This document shows, piece after piece, positions 18,641-28,013 of a DNA stretch of 64,000 bases; the first letter of the stretch is position 1, and every line of letters begins with the position of its first letter. The DNA lies in assembly GCA_944392815.1 (NCBI GenBank), contig CALXXY010000001.1, positions 192,001-256,000 of the forward strand, written 5' to 3'. The position numbers were made by a program, and so were the translations under genes. The notes below the pieces were generated by a model. That model ran no database searches and was not told the origin of the DNA. It saw only the letters and a list, made by a program, of their open reading frames with translations. Source of the DNA: an uncultured Alphaproteobacteria bacterium (GTDB lineage: Bacteria; Pseudomonadota; Alphaproteobacteria; Rs-D84).

Positions 18641-19465
18641 TTATTTATTTGTGCCAAATACAAATATATTATTACCACGAGCAGCCACATCATTGTTTTT
18701 GATATGCTCTTTTTCCATATCAAAAATCCGTTGAAAAATTTCTTTATTTTCTAGTATATCGGCTATTTCGCCAGTTTGTCCACGCAATTGGGTTTCTTGA
18801 TACCCAGGATAAATCAGATTTGGAAAACCAGAACAAAAATCAACTGTTATATTATGCTTTTTCATCATATCCTTGATGCTGTTCGGCGAGAACATATTAA
18901 TATATGGCATTTGATCTGTAAAACGACCACGTCCAGACAGACATTTATTTGCCTCATCAATATTTCCCAGTTTTGTATTAAAGAATGCTGCGTGATACAT
19001 ATTTGGTGCCAATGTACAAATTATACCGCCTTTTTTTGTTACGGATTTTAACTGTTCAAAAAAATTATCAACATTTTCACCTACGAAACCGATAACATTA
19101 TGAAAATTAAATACAAAATCAAACTGTTCGTCTACTTGTGACAAATCGTTCAAATCTTGTAACATAAAATCCCATCTTCCCTGATACGGAATTGACTTAT
19201 GTTTAGCTACATCCAACATTTCTTTGGAAAAGTCTATCGTAACACCAGAACACTCTGGAAATTCCTCTAATAATTTATGAGACCAACGACCTGTACCACC
19301 ACCCGCATCACAAAACCTGAAATTCTTAGGTAATTTAGGAATAATATATGTTTTTATGGAATCCCACAACAGGGCATCTGATAACCGCCAATAACTTTGA
19401 TTTTCTACCAAGTCATATTCTGATGCTTTCTCTGCAAAATATTTTAATACAGAATCTTTGTACAT
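18641..19465 (-). CDS. Class I SAM-dependent methyltransferase
   Basis: FCDAGGGTGRW, TIDFSKEMLDVA, FDFVF, KKGGII. Confidence 0.9.
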   Translation of the reverse strand: MYKDSVLKYFAEKASEYDLVENQSYWRLSDALLWDSIKTYIIPKLPKNFRFCDAGGGTGRWSHKLLEEFPECSGVTIDFSKEMLDVAKHKSIPYQGRWDFMLQDLNDLSQVDEQFDFVFNFHNVIGFVGENVDNFFEQLKSVTKKGGIICTLAPNMYHAAFFNTKLGNIDEANKCLSGRGRFTDQMPYINMFSPNSIKDMMKKHNITVDFCSGFPNLIYPGYQETQLRGQTGEIADILENKEIFQRIFDMEKEHIKNNDVAARGNNIFVFGTNK

Positions 19466-19478
19466 AGAACCCTCCTCT

Positions 19479-20756
19479 TTATCTAAGTTTTGTCTGTTGT
19501 GTTAATCTTATTAAATCGTTAACTGACATCTGTGTAACGTTACCATTTTTGCGATCTTTTACCTCGACATTGCCTGTATTAAAGAATGTTTTACCGATAA
19601 TTATTCTATTTGGAATACCAATAAGGTCACTTTCTGCAAATTTAATACCTCCACGTACATCTTTGCGGTCGTCATATAAGACATCAAATTGTGCATTTAA
19701 TAACTGTTGATATATATTGTCTACAACAGCTATTTCGTCATCTTTTACCGCCATTGAAATTAGATGCCATTCAAACGGCGCTATTTTAGCAGGCCATACC
19801 AATCCCCTGTCGTCACTTAAGCACTCTGCAACAGTACCCATAACACGGCTTGGACCAATACCATAACACCCCATGATAATAGGTTTGCTTTGGCCCTTGT
19901 TATCAATAAAATTCGCATCAAACGGTGCTGTGAAACGTGTACCAAGCTTAAATATGTTTCCAACTTCTACAGCGCGTTTTTGTTCAAATGTTTTTTCTAT
20001 ACCATCCGTATAGTTTGGAATAATATCGCGCAAAGCACATTTATCTCCGATAATTTCACGATTGATAGCAATTTTTGTCCCTGGAATTATATAAATGGTA
20101 TCTTCACCGGCATCGGTCAATGTTTGGAATTCATGAGAATATTTTGCAAACGCACCTCCACTGGCATATGTAAAATAAGTTTTATCACCAATACCACAAT
20201 CCGTGTAGAACTCCATATACATTTGAGCAACTTTTTCATAATACATATCTAAATCTGCCTGACTTTCATGAAAAGAATACAAATCATTCATACGAAATTC
20301 TTTACACCGGAACAAGCCAGACTTTGAACGAGGTTCATCTCTGAACTTGTTTTGAATCTGAAATACCGCCTTTGGCAAGTCTTTATAAGAAGAGATAAAA
20401 TTAGTCACAAAAGGCGTAACAACCTCTTCGTTTGTTGGACTTAAGGCATATTCTTTATCTGCATGGCCATGAATCTTATATAAAACATCTATCTTATCCC
20501 AACGACCGGTTTGCTTCCAAACATCTGACGGCTGCAAAACAGGCATCATAACTTCTTGGCCGTTTACAGTTTGCATATACTGACGGATTAAATTCTCAAT
20601 TTTGTTCAATGTTCTAAAGCCCAATGGCATATAAGAATAAGCCCCCCCCATTAATTTATGAATAAAGCCTGCGCGTGTCAACAACTGGGCGTTTTTAGAC
20701 ATCTCTTGTACATTGGAGGCTTTTTGTGTTTTATAAAACAAGTTACTTTGGCGCAT
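19479..20756 (-). CDS. proS: Proline--tRNA ligase paralogue, bacterial type without INS editing domain
   Basis: LLTRAGFI..GAYSYMPLG, TGRW, SPTNEE, SYKDLP..FQIQNKFRDEPR..GLFR.KEF.M.DLYSFH, EVGNIFKLG, MGCYGIGPSR, DLIGIP. Confidence 0.9.
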   Translation of the reverse strand: MRQSNLFYKTQKASNVQEMSKNAQLLTRAGFIHKLMGGAYSYMPLGFRTLNKIENLIRQYMQTVNGQEVMMPVLQPSDVWKQTGRWDKIDVLYKIHGHADKEYALSPTNEEVVTPFVTNFISSYKDLPKAVFQIQNKFRDEPRSKSGLFRCKEFRMNDLYSFHESQADLDMYYEKVAQMYMEFYTDCGIGDKTYFTYASGGAFAKYSHEFQTLTDAGEDTIYIIPGTKIAINREIIGDKCALRDIIPNYTDGIEKTFEQKRAVEVGNIFKLGTRFTAPFDANFIDNKGQSKPIIMGCYGIGPSRVMGTVAECLSDDRGLVWPAKIAPFEWHLISMAVKDDEIAVVDNIYQQLLNAQFDVLYDDRKDVRGGIKFAESDLIGIPNRIIIGKTFFNTGNVEVKDRKNGNVTQMSVNDLIRLTQQTKLR

Positions 20757-20883
20757 AACAAATACCTTTTGTGTTGCCTACATATACACTCTTCTGTGCT
20801 AAGAATACCGAAATCATAGGAAAAATCAAGAAGTTCTTGAATATAAAGCTATCAAAAAACAGCGTTTATAGTCCATATTAAAA

Positions 20884-22056
20884 TCATACACTGTTTATCA
20901 TCCTATCCACGGCTTTTTGCATAGAGGCACGGACTGGATCGGCAGACAAACGGGCATAAATAGCAGTTGCAGCGGTTGATTTATGCCCCAAAGACCTGCC
21001 AATTACATTCATGCTTGCTCCTGTAATCGCTTGATAACTTCCCATAGTTCTACGTAAATCATGTAGTCGTAGATTATCTATATTCGCTCGTCTTAGAAGA
21101 CTTTTCCATGCACGTTTTGGCTCTTCCAGATGGCCACTGGCACTTTGTTCACTTGGTAACACCCAAGAACTATTACTATTTTGTTTAATTTTTAATAATA
21201 ATTCTCTTAACTGTTCGATAATCGGGACCTGCATAGGTTCACCATTTTTAGTATCTGATAAGTATATAAAGCCATTTACTAAGTCTATCTGAGACCAGCG
21301 CAGGCTCAATACATTACTTCTACGCTGTCCAGAATATAGAGAAATCAGCACATAATTCTTAAACACATCATTGGGTTCGTTATTTAATGCGTCAAACAAT
21401 CGTTTTAATTCGTCATCTCGTAAAAATCTATCCCGACTTATTTCCCTGAACATTTTTATACCATCAGTTGGATTTTCAAAACGTTTCGGGAATCCGCATT
21501 CATAAGCTTTGTTATACATATGTCTGATAAGCGCCAGCATACGATTGGCGGTATACGAACTTACCGTTTGTCGCAAGAAGTTATGATGTCGCGCTACTTC
21601 ATCACGGCTTATTGTTCGCATCTGACGATTATGAAATACAGACAAATGATTTCTAAAAGTAGCATTATCGTTAATTTGCGTTTTCTGCTTTTTATGCGTT
21701 AAGGAATGCACAGGTAAATATACTTTTTCATAATATTCTTTCAATGTCATATCATGCAATTCATCAAAGCGTTCTTGCGCTGGATCTTCGCCGCATATTG
21801 CCCTTTCACGCATTGTATGCGCTTTACGACGCGCAGTTTCCAATTCAACATGTCCGAACTTACCTATCTTTATACGTTTAGGCATCCCCTGATATTTCAT
21901 ATAGGCATAAAATGTTTTAGAGCCACCATAAGAAACAATTAAACACAGACCATCTTTTGAGCCTGAATCATAATACACAACCTGGTTTTTTTCCTTGGTT
22001 GGAATAGGCAAAGAAGCTATTGCTTTTTTAGTAAAATTTATGGTCTGTGTTTTCAT
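20884..22056 (-). CDS. int: Tyrosine recombinase/integrase with N-terminal arm-binding domain (P4-like)
   Basis: YYDS..DGLCLIVS..GSKTF arm-binding domain; SGQRRSN, TKNG, HDLRRT, LGHKS, Y catalytic residues. Confidence 0.95.
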   Translation of the reverse strand: MKTQTINFTKKAIASLPIPTKEKNQVVYYDSGSKDGLCLIVSYGGSKTFYAYMKYQGMPKRIKIGKFGHVELETARRKAHTMRERAICGEDPAQERFDELHDMTLKEYYEKVYLPVHSLTHKKQKTQINDNATFRNHLSVFHNRQMRTISRDEVARHHNFLRQTVSSYTANRMLALIRHMYNKAYECGFPKRFENPTDGIKMFREISRDRFLRDDELKRLFDALNNEPNDVFKNYVLISLYSGQRRSNVLSLRWSQIDLVNGFIYLSDTKNGEPMQVPIIEQLRELLLKIKQNSNSSWVLPSEQSASGHLEEPKRAWKSLLRRANIDNLRLHDLRRTMGSYQAITGASMNVIGRSLGHKSTAATAIYARLSADPVRASMQKAVDRMINSV

Positions 22057-22061
22057 ATTTT

Positions 22062-22110
22062 TTTGCTACTTATTTGCTACTGATGGCATTTTTTGCTACC
22101 GTTTGCTACC
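22062..22110 (+). repeat. Putative integrase arm-type sites (4x TTTGCTAC)
   Basis: Copies at 22062, 22073, 22092 and 22102, between the int start codon and attR. Confidence 0.7.
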
Positions 22111-22206
22111 AATTTTGATTAAACTATAACAAACTTAGAAATCGTTGTAAAGCGCAGAATACTAAGAAAAATTTAACATTGTAAAACACCGTTAAACATA
22201 CGACTT

Positions 22207-22258
22207 TCTGATTTGTAATCAGAGGGTCGTTGGTTCAAGTCCGACAACTGGCACCAGA
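22207..22258 (+). repeat. attR core (duplicated 3' part of tRNA-Thr)
   Basis: 52-bp exact copy of 7810-7861; followed by a CCCCGC..GCGGGG hairpin, probably the native tRNA terminator. Confidence 0.95.
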
Positions 22259-22313
22259 TTTTCCCCGCTGGGTGGCGGGGATTTATTTATGATTTATATA
22301 TCAACTGAAAACA

Positions 22314-22695
22314 TCAATATCCCGACACGACCAAACTGTGTATTAAATCGTTAATTTGTTTGGCTATTGCTGTGGAATCAAAACGTTTTAAGCCATTGGT
22401 TGCGATATCTGACATTTGTTTGGCTTTTGCCGGGTGTTCAAAAACAAACTTCATGTTTTTTGCCAACGCGTTGGCATCGCCAGTTTCAAATAATAAACCG
22501 CCGCGTCCATTCAACAGTATTTCACGTGGTCCGTTTTTACACTTGGACGAAATGCAGGGAACACCCAATGCCACAGATTCAAGCAACACTGTCGGCAGCC
22601 CTTCGCTTTCGCTGGATAAAATATTTGCAATGGCGCCCCGCATAATGCCATATGGATTATTCAGGGCACCAGTAAACACAATGCGTTTTACGGAC
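22314..22695 (-). pseudogene. Glycosyltransferase family 4, C-terminal fragment only
   Basis: IVFTG..NPY..ILSSESEGLPTVLLESVALGVPCISS..GPREIL; N-terminal domain absent. Confidence 0.8.
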
Positions 22696-23144
22696 GGCAA
22701 TTGGGGCAATTATTAAATGAACTGCAATCAAACGATATTTTAATTGCCGCCGAGATATCACGGCTGGGTCGATCTTTGCTGGAGGTCATGCATATACTGG
22801 AATACTGTTTGAATAAAAATTGCCAGGTGTGGACCATCAAAGAAAATTACAGATTGGGCAACGATATTCAATCCAAAGTTATGGCGTTTGCGTTTGGATT
22901 ATCGGCCGAAATAGAACGCAATTTAATATCGCAACGAACCAAGGCGTCATTGGAAAGCGTGCGGGCAACCGGCAAACGATTGGGGCGGCCTTTTTCGGCG
23001 CAATCAAAAAAATTGAAACTGTCCAGCAATACCAAAAAAGTAAAAAAATTGTTGGACATGGGGTTGACCAAGTATCGGATTGCCAAAATAATGCAGGTTA
23101 AACAATCAACTGTATCCAGATTTATTGTCCGAATGGGCTGGTGA
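22695..23144 (+). pseudogene. Serine recombinase (Mpi-type DNA invertase), 5'-truncated
   Basis: AEISRLGRS, YRLGNDIQSKVMAFAFGLSAEIERNLISQRTK, LGRP, C-terminal HTH; no YxRVS catalytic motif; in-frame stop at 22617. Confidence 0.8.
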
Positions 23145-23188
23145 ATATTTCCCCCACCCCGCCGGCGGCGGGGGGGGTATGATGGTGA

Positions 23189-23707
23189 TTATTTTTTACG
23201 TTTTGTGGGTTTGGATTTTTTGTTTTTTGGGGTCACGGAATCATCGTCGTACACAGCGTAATCGTATTCGTCATATTCTGTATCAATTTCGTTGGGCGCG
23301 ACGTCCATGATTTCATTCAACACACGACGGGCGCGGGGATTGCGGTCTGAATATTTTTTCAGTCCAACAACCAATGCCGCTGTTATCATTTTTTCCATGT
23401 CTGCGCTGGACACATGTTCAGACACCCGGTCGCGGATATTTTGCGCCATATGTTTGACTGCATGTTTGGCTTTGTACAGCAACGAATGTCTGCGACGAAT
23501 TTTATCGATGATTTCCATAATCCACATGATTATCAAAAACGCCACCAATGGCACCGCCACACACCAGACAAAATATTTTAACACAGAATCACTGCAGAAC
23601 GACAGACCGAACATAGCGTTGCAAGTGTTCGGACAATGCAGCAGCATAACTGCAGCGATTTCGTACAGCGCCAAAATTGTTAACCCCAGTTTATATTTTA
23701 AAAACAT
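23189..23707 (-). CDS. Hypothetical membrane protein
   Basis: 172-aa ORF with two TM helices, acidic then basic tail, AAGGGAG RBS. Confidence 0.7.
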   Translation of the reverse strand: MFLKYKLGLTILALYEIAAVMLLHCPNTCNAMFGLSFCSDSVLKYFVWCVAVPLVAFLIIMWIMEIIDKIRRRHSLLYKAKHAVKHMAQNIRDRVSEHVSSADMEKMITAALVVGLKKYSDRNPRARRVLNEIMDVAPNEIDTEYDEYDYAVYDDDSVTPKNKKSKPTKRKK

Positions 23708-23741
23708 TTTATTTCTCCCTTGGTTTTATTTGATTAATTGA

Positions 23742-24485
23742 TTAAAAATTCATAAAGCGGATACCCATCAGCACAGTCCAATCATTGCGCCGCCAATTCC
23801 CGCCCAGGCGATGTCCTGCACGAATCCAAACGCCTGTGGTTCTGTTCAGCATTGTACCCAATTCCAATTCGGCCAAAAATTCCTGGCGGCCGGTTTCGTA
23901 ATTTACCCATACCTGGGGATCGGCCAGAACCCACCAACCCTGGTTAGACGCATATCCCAGCAACATTCTGTATTGGCCCTGGTTTATATCTTGGGAAATG
24001 GCGGGGTCGGTGTTATGCAGCGAAATGAACTGTTTCGCGACCAGCGCGCCGAATATGTTATGCCCAAACGAATACACGTATCCCAAAATCGGGTCAAAAG
24101 TATATTGCTGGGCGCCCAGGGTATCTTCGGTTGCGGTGGGCAATAAAAATTCTGCTGCACCAATCAGGGTATGACGCCCCCAGGTATGCTGGGCACGGCC
24201 ACGCAATGTTAAATCGCCAATGCCGTTGTCGGAACGACCGTGGCCACTGTACCGCACCAGCGGCAATTCTGCATTAATACCGAACACGCGTTTAATTGCA
24301 TGGTCGTATTTTAATGTCAACGATGTGATTGATGAATCACCAAATGCACGCAACTGTGGCAACAGTTCCAGTTTGGTTAAATTGTCCGCTGGGTTAATAC
24401 CACGTGCGGTGTCTGCGCTGTCCGCGGCCCATACGTTTGGTGCGGCCAGGATTACGGTCAAAACCGTCAGTATTGTTTTTTTCAT
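23742..24485 (-). CDS. Putative outer-membrane beta-barrel transporter
   Basis: Signal peptide MKKTILT..VWA; GIGDLTLR, LPTATEDTLG; ends GIRFMNF. Confidence 0.7.
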   Translation of the reverse strand: MKKTILTVLTVILAAPNVWAADSADTARGINPADNLTKLELLPQLRAFGDSSITSLTLKYDHAIKRVFGINAELPLVRYSGHGRSDNGIGDLTLRGRAQHTWGRHTLIGAAEFLLPTATEDTLGAQQYTFDPILGYVYSFGHNIFGALVAKQFISLHNTDPAISQDINQGQYRMLLGYASNQGWWVLADPQVWVNYETGRQEFLAELELGTMLNRTTGVWIRAGHRLGGNWRRNDWTVLMGIRFMNF

Positions 24486-24593
24486 TTTTGTTTCCCCCAT
24501 CTGAAAACATTGTGACATGGTGTGACAAAAAAATCACCAGGAACGAAAACCCACCGCAAATGCGGTGGGCGTACGTATAATTTATCAGACAAA

Positions 24594-25466
24594 TTAATCC
24601 GATGTGACCGGGGCGTCGGCACTGCCATACTGGGCGGCGGCGTCCGTGGTGCCAACATCATCGGCCGCGTTTTCCATTTCTGCGGTTGCCGCGGCGGTGG
24701 CATCTGTGGCGGATTGTGCGTCCGCGGCCGCAGCGTCCGCAGCGGCGCGTTCTTCCTCGGCACGGGCGGCGTTTTCAATTTGCAGCAATTGTTTTTCCAA
24801 CGCGGAACGTTCGGACGTTTTGTATCCCGTTTCGGCATCAGATTCGGTGGCCCCGTCGTCAGTGGACGTGCCGCGCATTGCATCAACCGCAGGATTAATC
24901 AGATTTTCAAATATTTCCTGGTTCGCCTGGGTTCCGGTCATGTCGCGCGCCAACAGTTTACTGCCGGGGCCGGGGAAAAACCATTCGTCCAATTTCATTG
25001 CTGTCAATTGCATGATTGGGCGTGTGCGGGCATTTTCGACCCACGGTGCGGGACGTGGCGCGTCCGAATAATACCACAGCGCACACCAGTATACTATGCC
25101 CATAATCACAATACCGCGGATTAAACCGAATATTATCCCCAGGGTACGATCGGTCACCTTCATAATACTGTTTTGTATTTTTTCGCGCAGACGTTGATTG
25201 AAAAAACCAATCAACATTAATATTACGAAAAATACTATGAAATATGACGCGACCAACGTACCAACAGTGGACGCAGTTAAATCAAACCAACCCTGTAATA
25301 ATTTGTCCAGCAACGGCGATATGAAACGTGCCGCAATTGCCGCGATTACCCACGACAGTGTTGCAACCGTTTCGAAAATACCACCACGAATGCTGGCCCA
25401 TACTGTGGACGCCACCAGGACGCCCACATAAATCCAATCCAAAGTAGTTAAATCAAACATCGGCAT
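24594..25466 (-). CDS. cvpA: CvpA family (colicin V production) membrane protein
   Basis: LDWI..RGGIFE..LSWV, DRTLGIIFGLIRG. Confidence 0.85.
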   Translation of the reverse strand: MPMFDLTTLDWIYVGVLVASTVWASIRGGIFETVATLSWVIAAIAARFISPLLDKLLQGWFDLTASTVGTLVASYFIVFFVILMLIGFFNQRLREKIQNSIMKVTDRTLGIIFGLIRGIVIMGIVYWCALWYYSDAPRPAPWVENARTRPIMQLTAMKLDEWFFPGPGSKLLARDMTGTQANQEIFENLINPAVDAMRGTSTDDGATESDAETGYKTSERSALEKQLLQIENAARAEEERAAADAAAADAQSATDATAAATAEMENAADDVGTTDAAAQYGSADAPVTSD

Positions 25467-25503
25467 AATCCAATTTTATTGTTATGGTTGTGGATAAATC
25501 TTT

Positions 25504-26103
25504 TTATTTTTTCTTTTTATCCTTGCGTACCAAAACAAACGCCAATGCTGCGACCAAAACAATTAACAGGATATAGAAATACACCGGTGACGCGGGGCTA
25601 TTTTTTTTTTCGTTTTGCGTTGCGTCGTCATTTGCGGCATTTTGTGCGGCCGCATTGTATTCTGTAATTTTGCCCTGGCGATTGGCGTGCGATTTTCTGA
25701 ATTCATCAGCGTTATCGTCCAATGCCTTTTTATTTTCGGCGGCGGTATCTTTCTGGTCCTGGGACATGCCAACCTCGACCGCGTCACGCAATTCCTGTTG
25801 CATGAAATCGGCATAGCCCTGGAAACATTTGTCGCCAACAACGATAACCGGCACACCACCGCTGTCGTATTCGCATTTCTTTAACGCTTCCTGGAATGCG
25901 GGCAGATTTGCCCGGTCCATAACATTAATTTGAACAATGCGCAAATCTGGATATTCGTATACTATTCTGCTGGTGAAAAAATCACGCGCATGATGGCAAT
26001 GCGGGCATGACGGCGAATAATACAGTGTGATATCGGCCGCATTTGCCGCGCCCATGAATAAAAAACCAAATACTGCGAATAACGTTGATAATTTTTTCAT
26101 CAT
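25504..26103 (-). CDS. Exported thioredoxin/glutaredoxin-fold protein with C-terminal membrane anchor
   Basis: Signal peptide, YYSPSCPHC, GVPVIVVGD, C-terminal TM helix. Confidence 0.8.
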   Translation of the reverse strand: MMKKLSTLFAVFGFLFMGAANAADITLYYSPSCPHCHHARDFFTSRIVYEYPDLRIVQINVMDRANLPAFQEALKKCEYDSGGVPVIVVGDKCFQGYADFMQQELRDAVEVGMSQDQKDTAAENKKALDDNADEFRKSHANRQGKITEYNAAAQNAANDDATQNEKKNSPASPVYFYILLIVLVAALAFVLVRKDKKKK

Positions 26104-26162
26104 TTCTCCTTTGACTGATTGGTTGCATTATAGAAATCCAGCGCACTGTGTGCAAGCCATTT

Positions 26163-27554
26163 TTATTTCACATATCTGTCATAAATAACAGGGGTTTTGT
26201 TTATGGTATAAATTCTGTCGTCTGAATCACGGTTGTACCAGACATACAATATGTTTACCATATCGTTTTCCGCATACGGGTCAGCATATCCAACAACCTG
26301 GCGCTGGGTGTTATGGGGGAAAACAGCGTGAAAAGTATTGTCAAACACCCGGGAATATTTATCGCGGAACGATTGGCTGGCCACCACGTTCATGATTAAT
26401 ATGCCGTCATGGGCAATATGCGATTTTACACGCTGCATGAATTCGGCGGTGATAAAGCCCTCGGGTATCTGGAAAGAATTTGAATAAACGTCCACCAAAA
26501 TCATATCGTATTTTTCAGTGCTGTTTTTCAAATACTGACTGGCGTCCTGGACCAGGAATTTTTTATTTTCAGGCAACGGACGGCCCAGAAAATATTTTTC
26601 GGAAATTTCCTGTAATGTATGTTCTATGTCCACAAAAGTGTAATCATTAAACGTATCGTTCAGGCCGGCTGTAAATCCGCCCGTCCCCAGCACCAATATT
26701 TTATGCCGTCTGTCGGTGGGCAAATTGTATATGAAATGTGCGTTCAGGTAATCTATGTATTCCGCGTTCTGGCCAGTTGTTGGATTATGCACAGACATCG
26801 GCAACCCGTTCATGTACAGCACACGCGTATTGTCTGTGAACTGGGTCACTGAAATAGTAGAATTCGCATTGTTTACCAAAACACCAAAACGATTGTATTG
26901 CACGTAATCGCTGTTGATAATCATGGTTGGAATCAAAATGCACAATCCCAACAATATCGTCCACCAACGCGGGCGCGTGACCAAGGCCGCAAACAATGCC
27001 AATGTGATAATTAATATCACTGTGTAATTTACACCGATAAACGGCATTAAAATCAGCGTGGTCAGTAATGACCCCATAACGGAACCAATCGTGTCCCACG
27101 CCATAATATTACCCGTATAGTTTGTATTATATTTATGCAGGCAACGTGACAGCAACGTTGTGTTGAACCCAAACAAAAATGGGCCAATGGATAAAAATAA
27201 AAATGAAAATATAAACGTCTGTAATACGCTGGACGTAATGCCCCATTGATACAGGCGCATAAAATATTCCATAACCAATGGAAAACTGGCGGCGCACAGG
27301 GCAAATACAGCAATCACGATGAAACTGGCGGCCAATATTGTTCTGATTCGTTTGTGCGCAATGCGTTCAGATGACCCCAGGAAATATCCCAATGACATAA
27401 ATCCCAAAAATATGCCCATTATAATACTGGTGATAACCGCACTGGAACCGACCCAGAACGATAACTGGCGCAGTACGACCAATTCAAAAGATAAACTGAC
27501 ATACCCGTTCAGAAAAATTAAAAATATTAACCATATGCGTAATTTGCGTGACAT
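26163..27554 (-). CDS. Fused membrane domain / spermidine synthase-like protein
   Basis: N-terminal multi-TM region; ILVLGTGG, VDIE, QDASQYL, YDMILVDVY. Confidence 0.8.
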   Translation of the reverse strand: MSRKLRIWLIFLIFLNGYVSLSFELVVLRQLSFWVGSSAVITSIIMGIFLGFMSLGYFLGSSERIAHKRIRTILAASFIVIAVFALCAASFPLVMEYFMRLYQWGITSSVLQTFIFSFLFLSIGPFLFGFNTTLLSRCLHKYNTNYTGNIMAWDTIGSVMGSLLTTLILMPFIGVNYTVILIITLALFAALVTRPRWWTILLGLCILIPTMIINSDYVQYNRFGVLVNNANSTISVTQFTDNTRVLYMNGLPMSVHNPTTGQNAEYIDYLNAHFIYNLPTDRRHKILVLGTGGFTAGLNDTFNDYTFVDIEHTLQEISEKYFLGRPLPENKKFLVQDASQYLKNSTEKYDMILVDVYSNSFQIPEGFITAEFMQRVKSHIAHDGILIMNVVASQSFRDKYSRVFDNTFHAVFPHNTQRQVVGYADPYAENDMVNILYVWYNRDSDDRIYTINKTPVIYDRYVK

Positions 27555-27633
27555 GAAAAATCCCCCTGACCTGATTATGTTAACGATGGCATACTACTGC
27601 AAAAACTGCATAGGATTCAAGTGGGAATTTATG

Positions 27634-27936
27634 TTATCGCGTGTGCAAAAATCGCACATCGTCAAATTCTGAATATCTGCTGAACATAGCCGATGCAAAT
27701 GGGCACATTGGAATAACTTTGCGGTGTTGTTTGCGCGCCAAATCCGCCGCACAACGAACCAGGTTTAACCCGACACTGGCGCGTCTGTATTTTTCTGCGA
27801 CGGCGGTATAATCTATTATCATTTTATCCGCCCCCACCCGTACAAAAGTTATTTCACCAACATGGTGGCCATTACAATTGGCATAAAAACCTGCGCCGTC
27901 TGGAAAAATATCATAAGTGATTTTTTCATCTGCCAT
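27634..27936 (-). CDS. GNAT acetyltransferase (YjdJ-like)
   Basis: MIIDYTAV..YR..VG..LV, KVIPMCPFA. Confidence 0.85.
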   Translation of the reverse strand: MADEKITYDIFPDGAGFYANCNGHHVGEITFVRVGADKMIIDYTAVAEKYRRASVGLNLVRCAADLARKQHRKVIPMCPFASAMFSRYSEFDDVRFLHTR

Positions 27937-28013
27937 ATTAAAACGCCCCCATGTTCGGATTATAGCATGGGGGCATTGACGTTTTAATCGGATTGTAATC
28001 GGATATAATTTGA

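Larger units (their letters stand above)
7810..22258. mobile_element. Integrative genomic island (~14.4 kb) inserted in tRNA-Thr(TGT)
   Basis: Exact 52-bp direct repeat at both ends, tyrosine integrase next to one end, excisionase-like and Rep-like genes, visibly AT-rich relative to the flanks. Confidence 0.93.

Noticed and set aside
15467-20756. Canonical microcin C (mccABCDEF) cluster
   Set aside because: No MccA precursor, ThiF-like MccB adenylyltransferase or exporter is visible; only the MccF-like and methyltransferase genes are analogous.
22207-22258. Second tRNA-Thr gene
   Set aside because: It lacks the 5' acceptor strand and D-arm; it is the attR duplication.
7810-22258. Prophage
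   Set aside because: No capsid, terminase, tail or lysis genes are recognisable.
22701-23144. Functional recombinase for the island
   Set aside because: It lies outside attR and lacks the catalytic serine motif; the island has its own tyrosine integrase.
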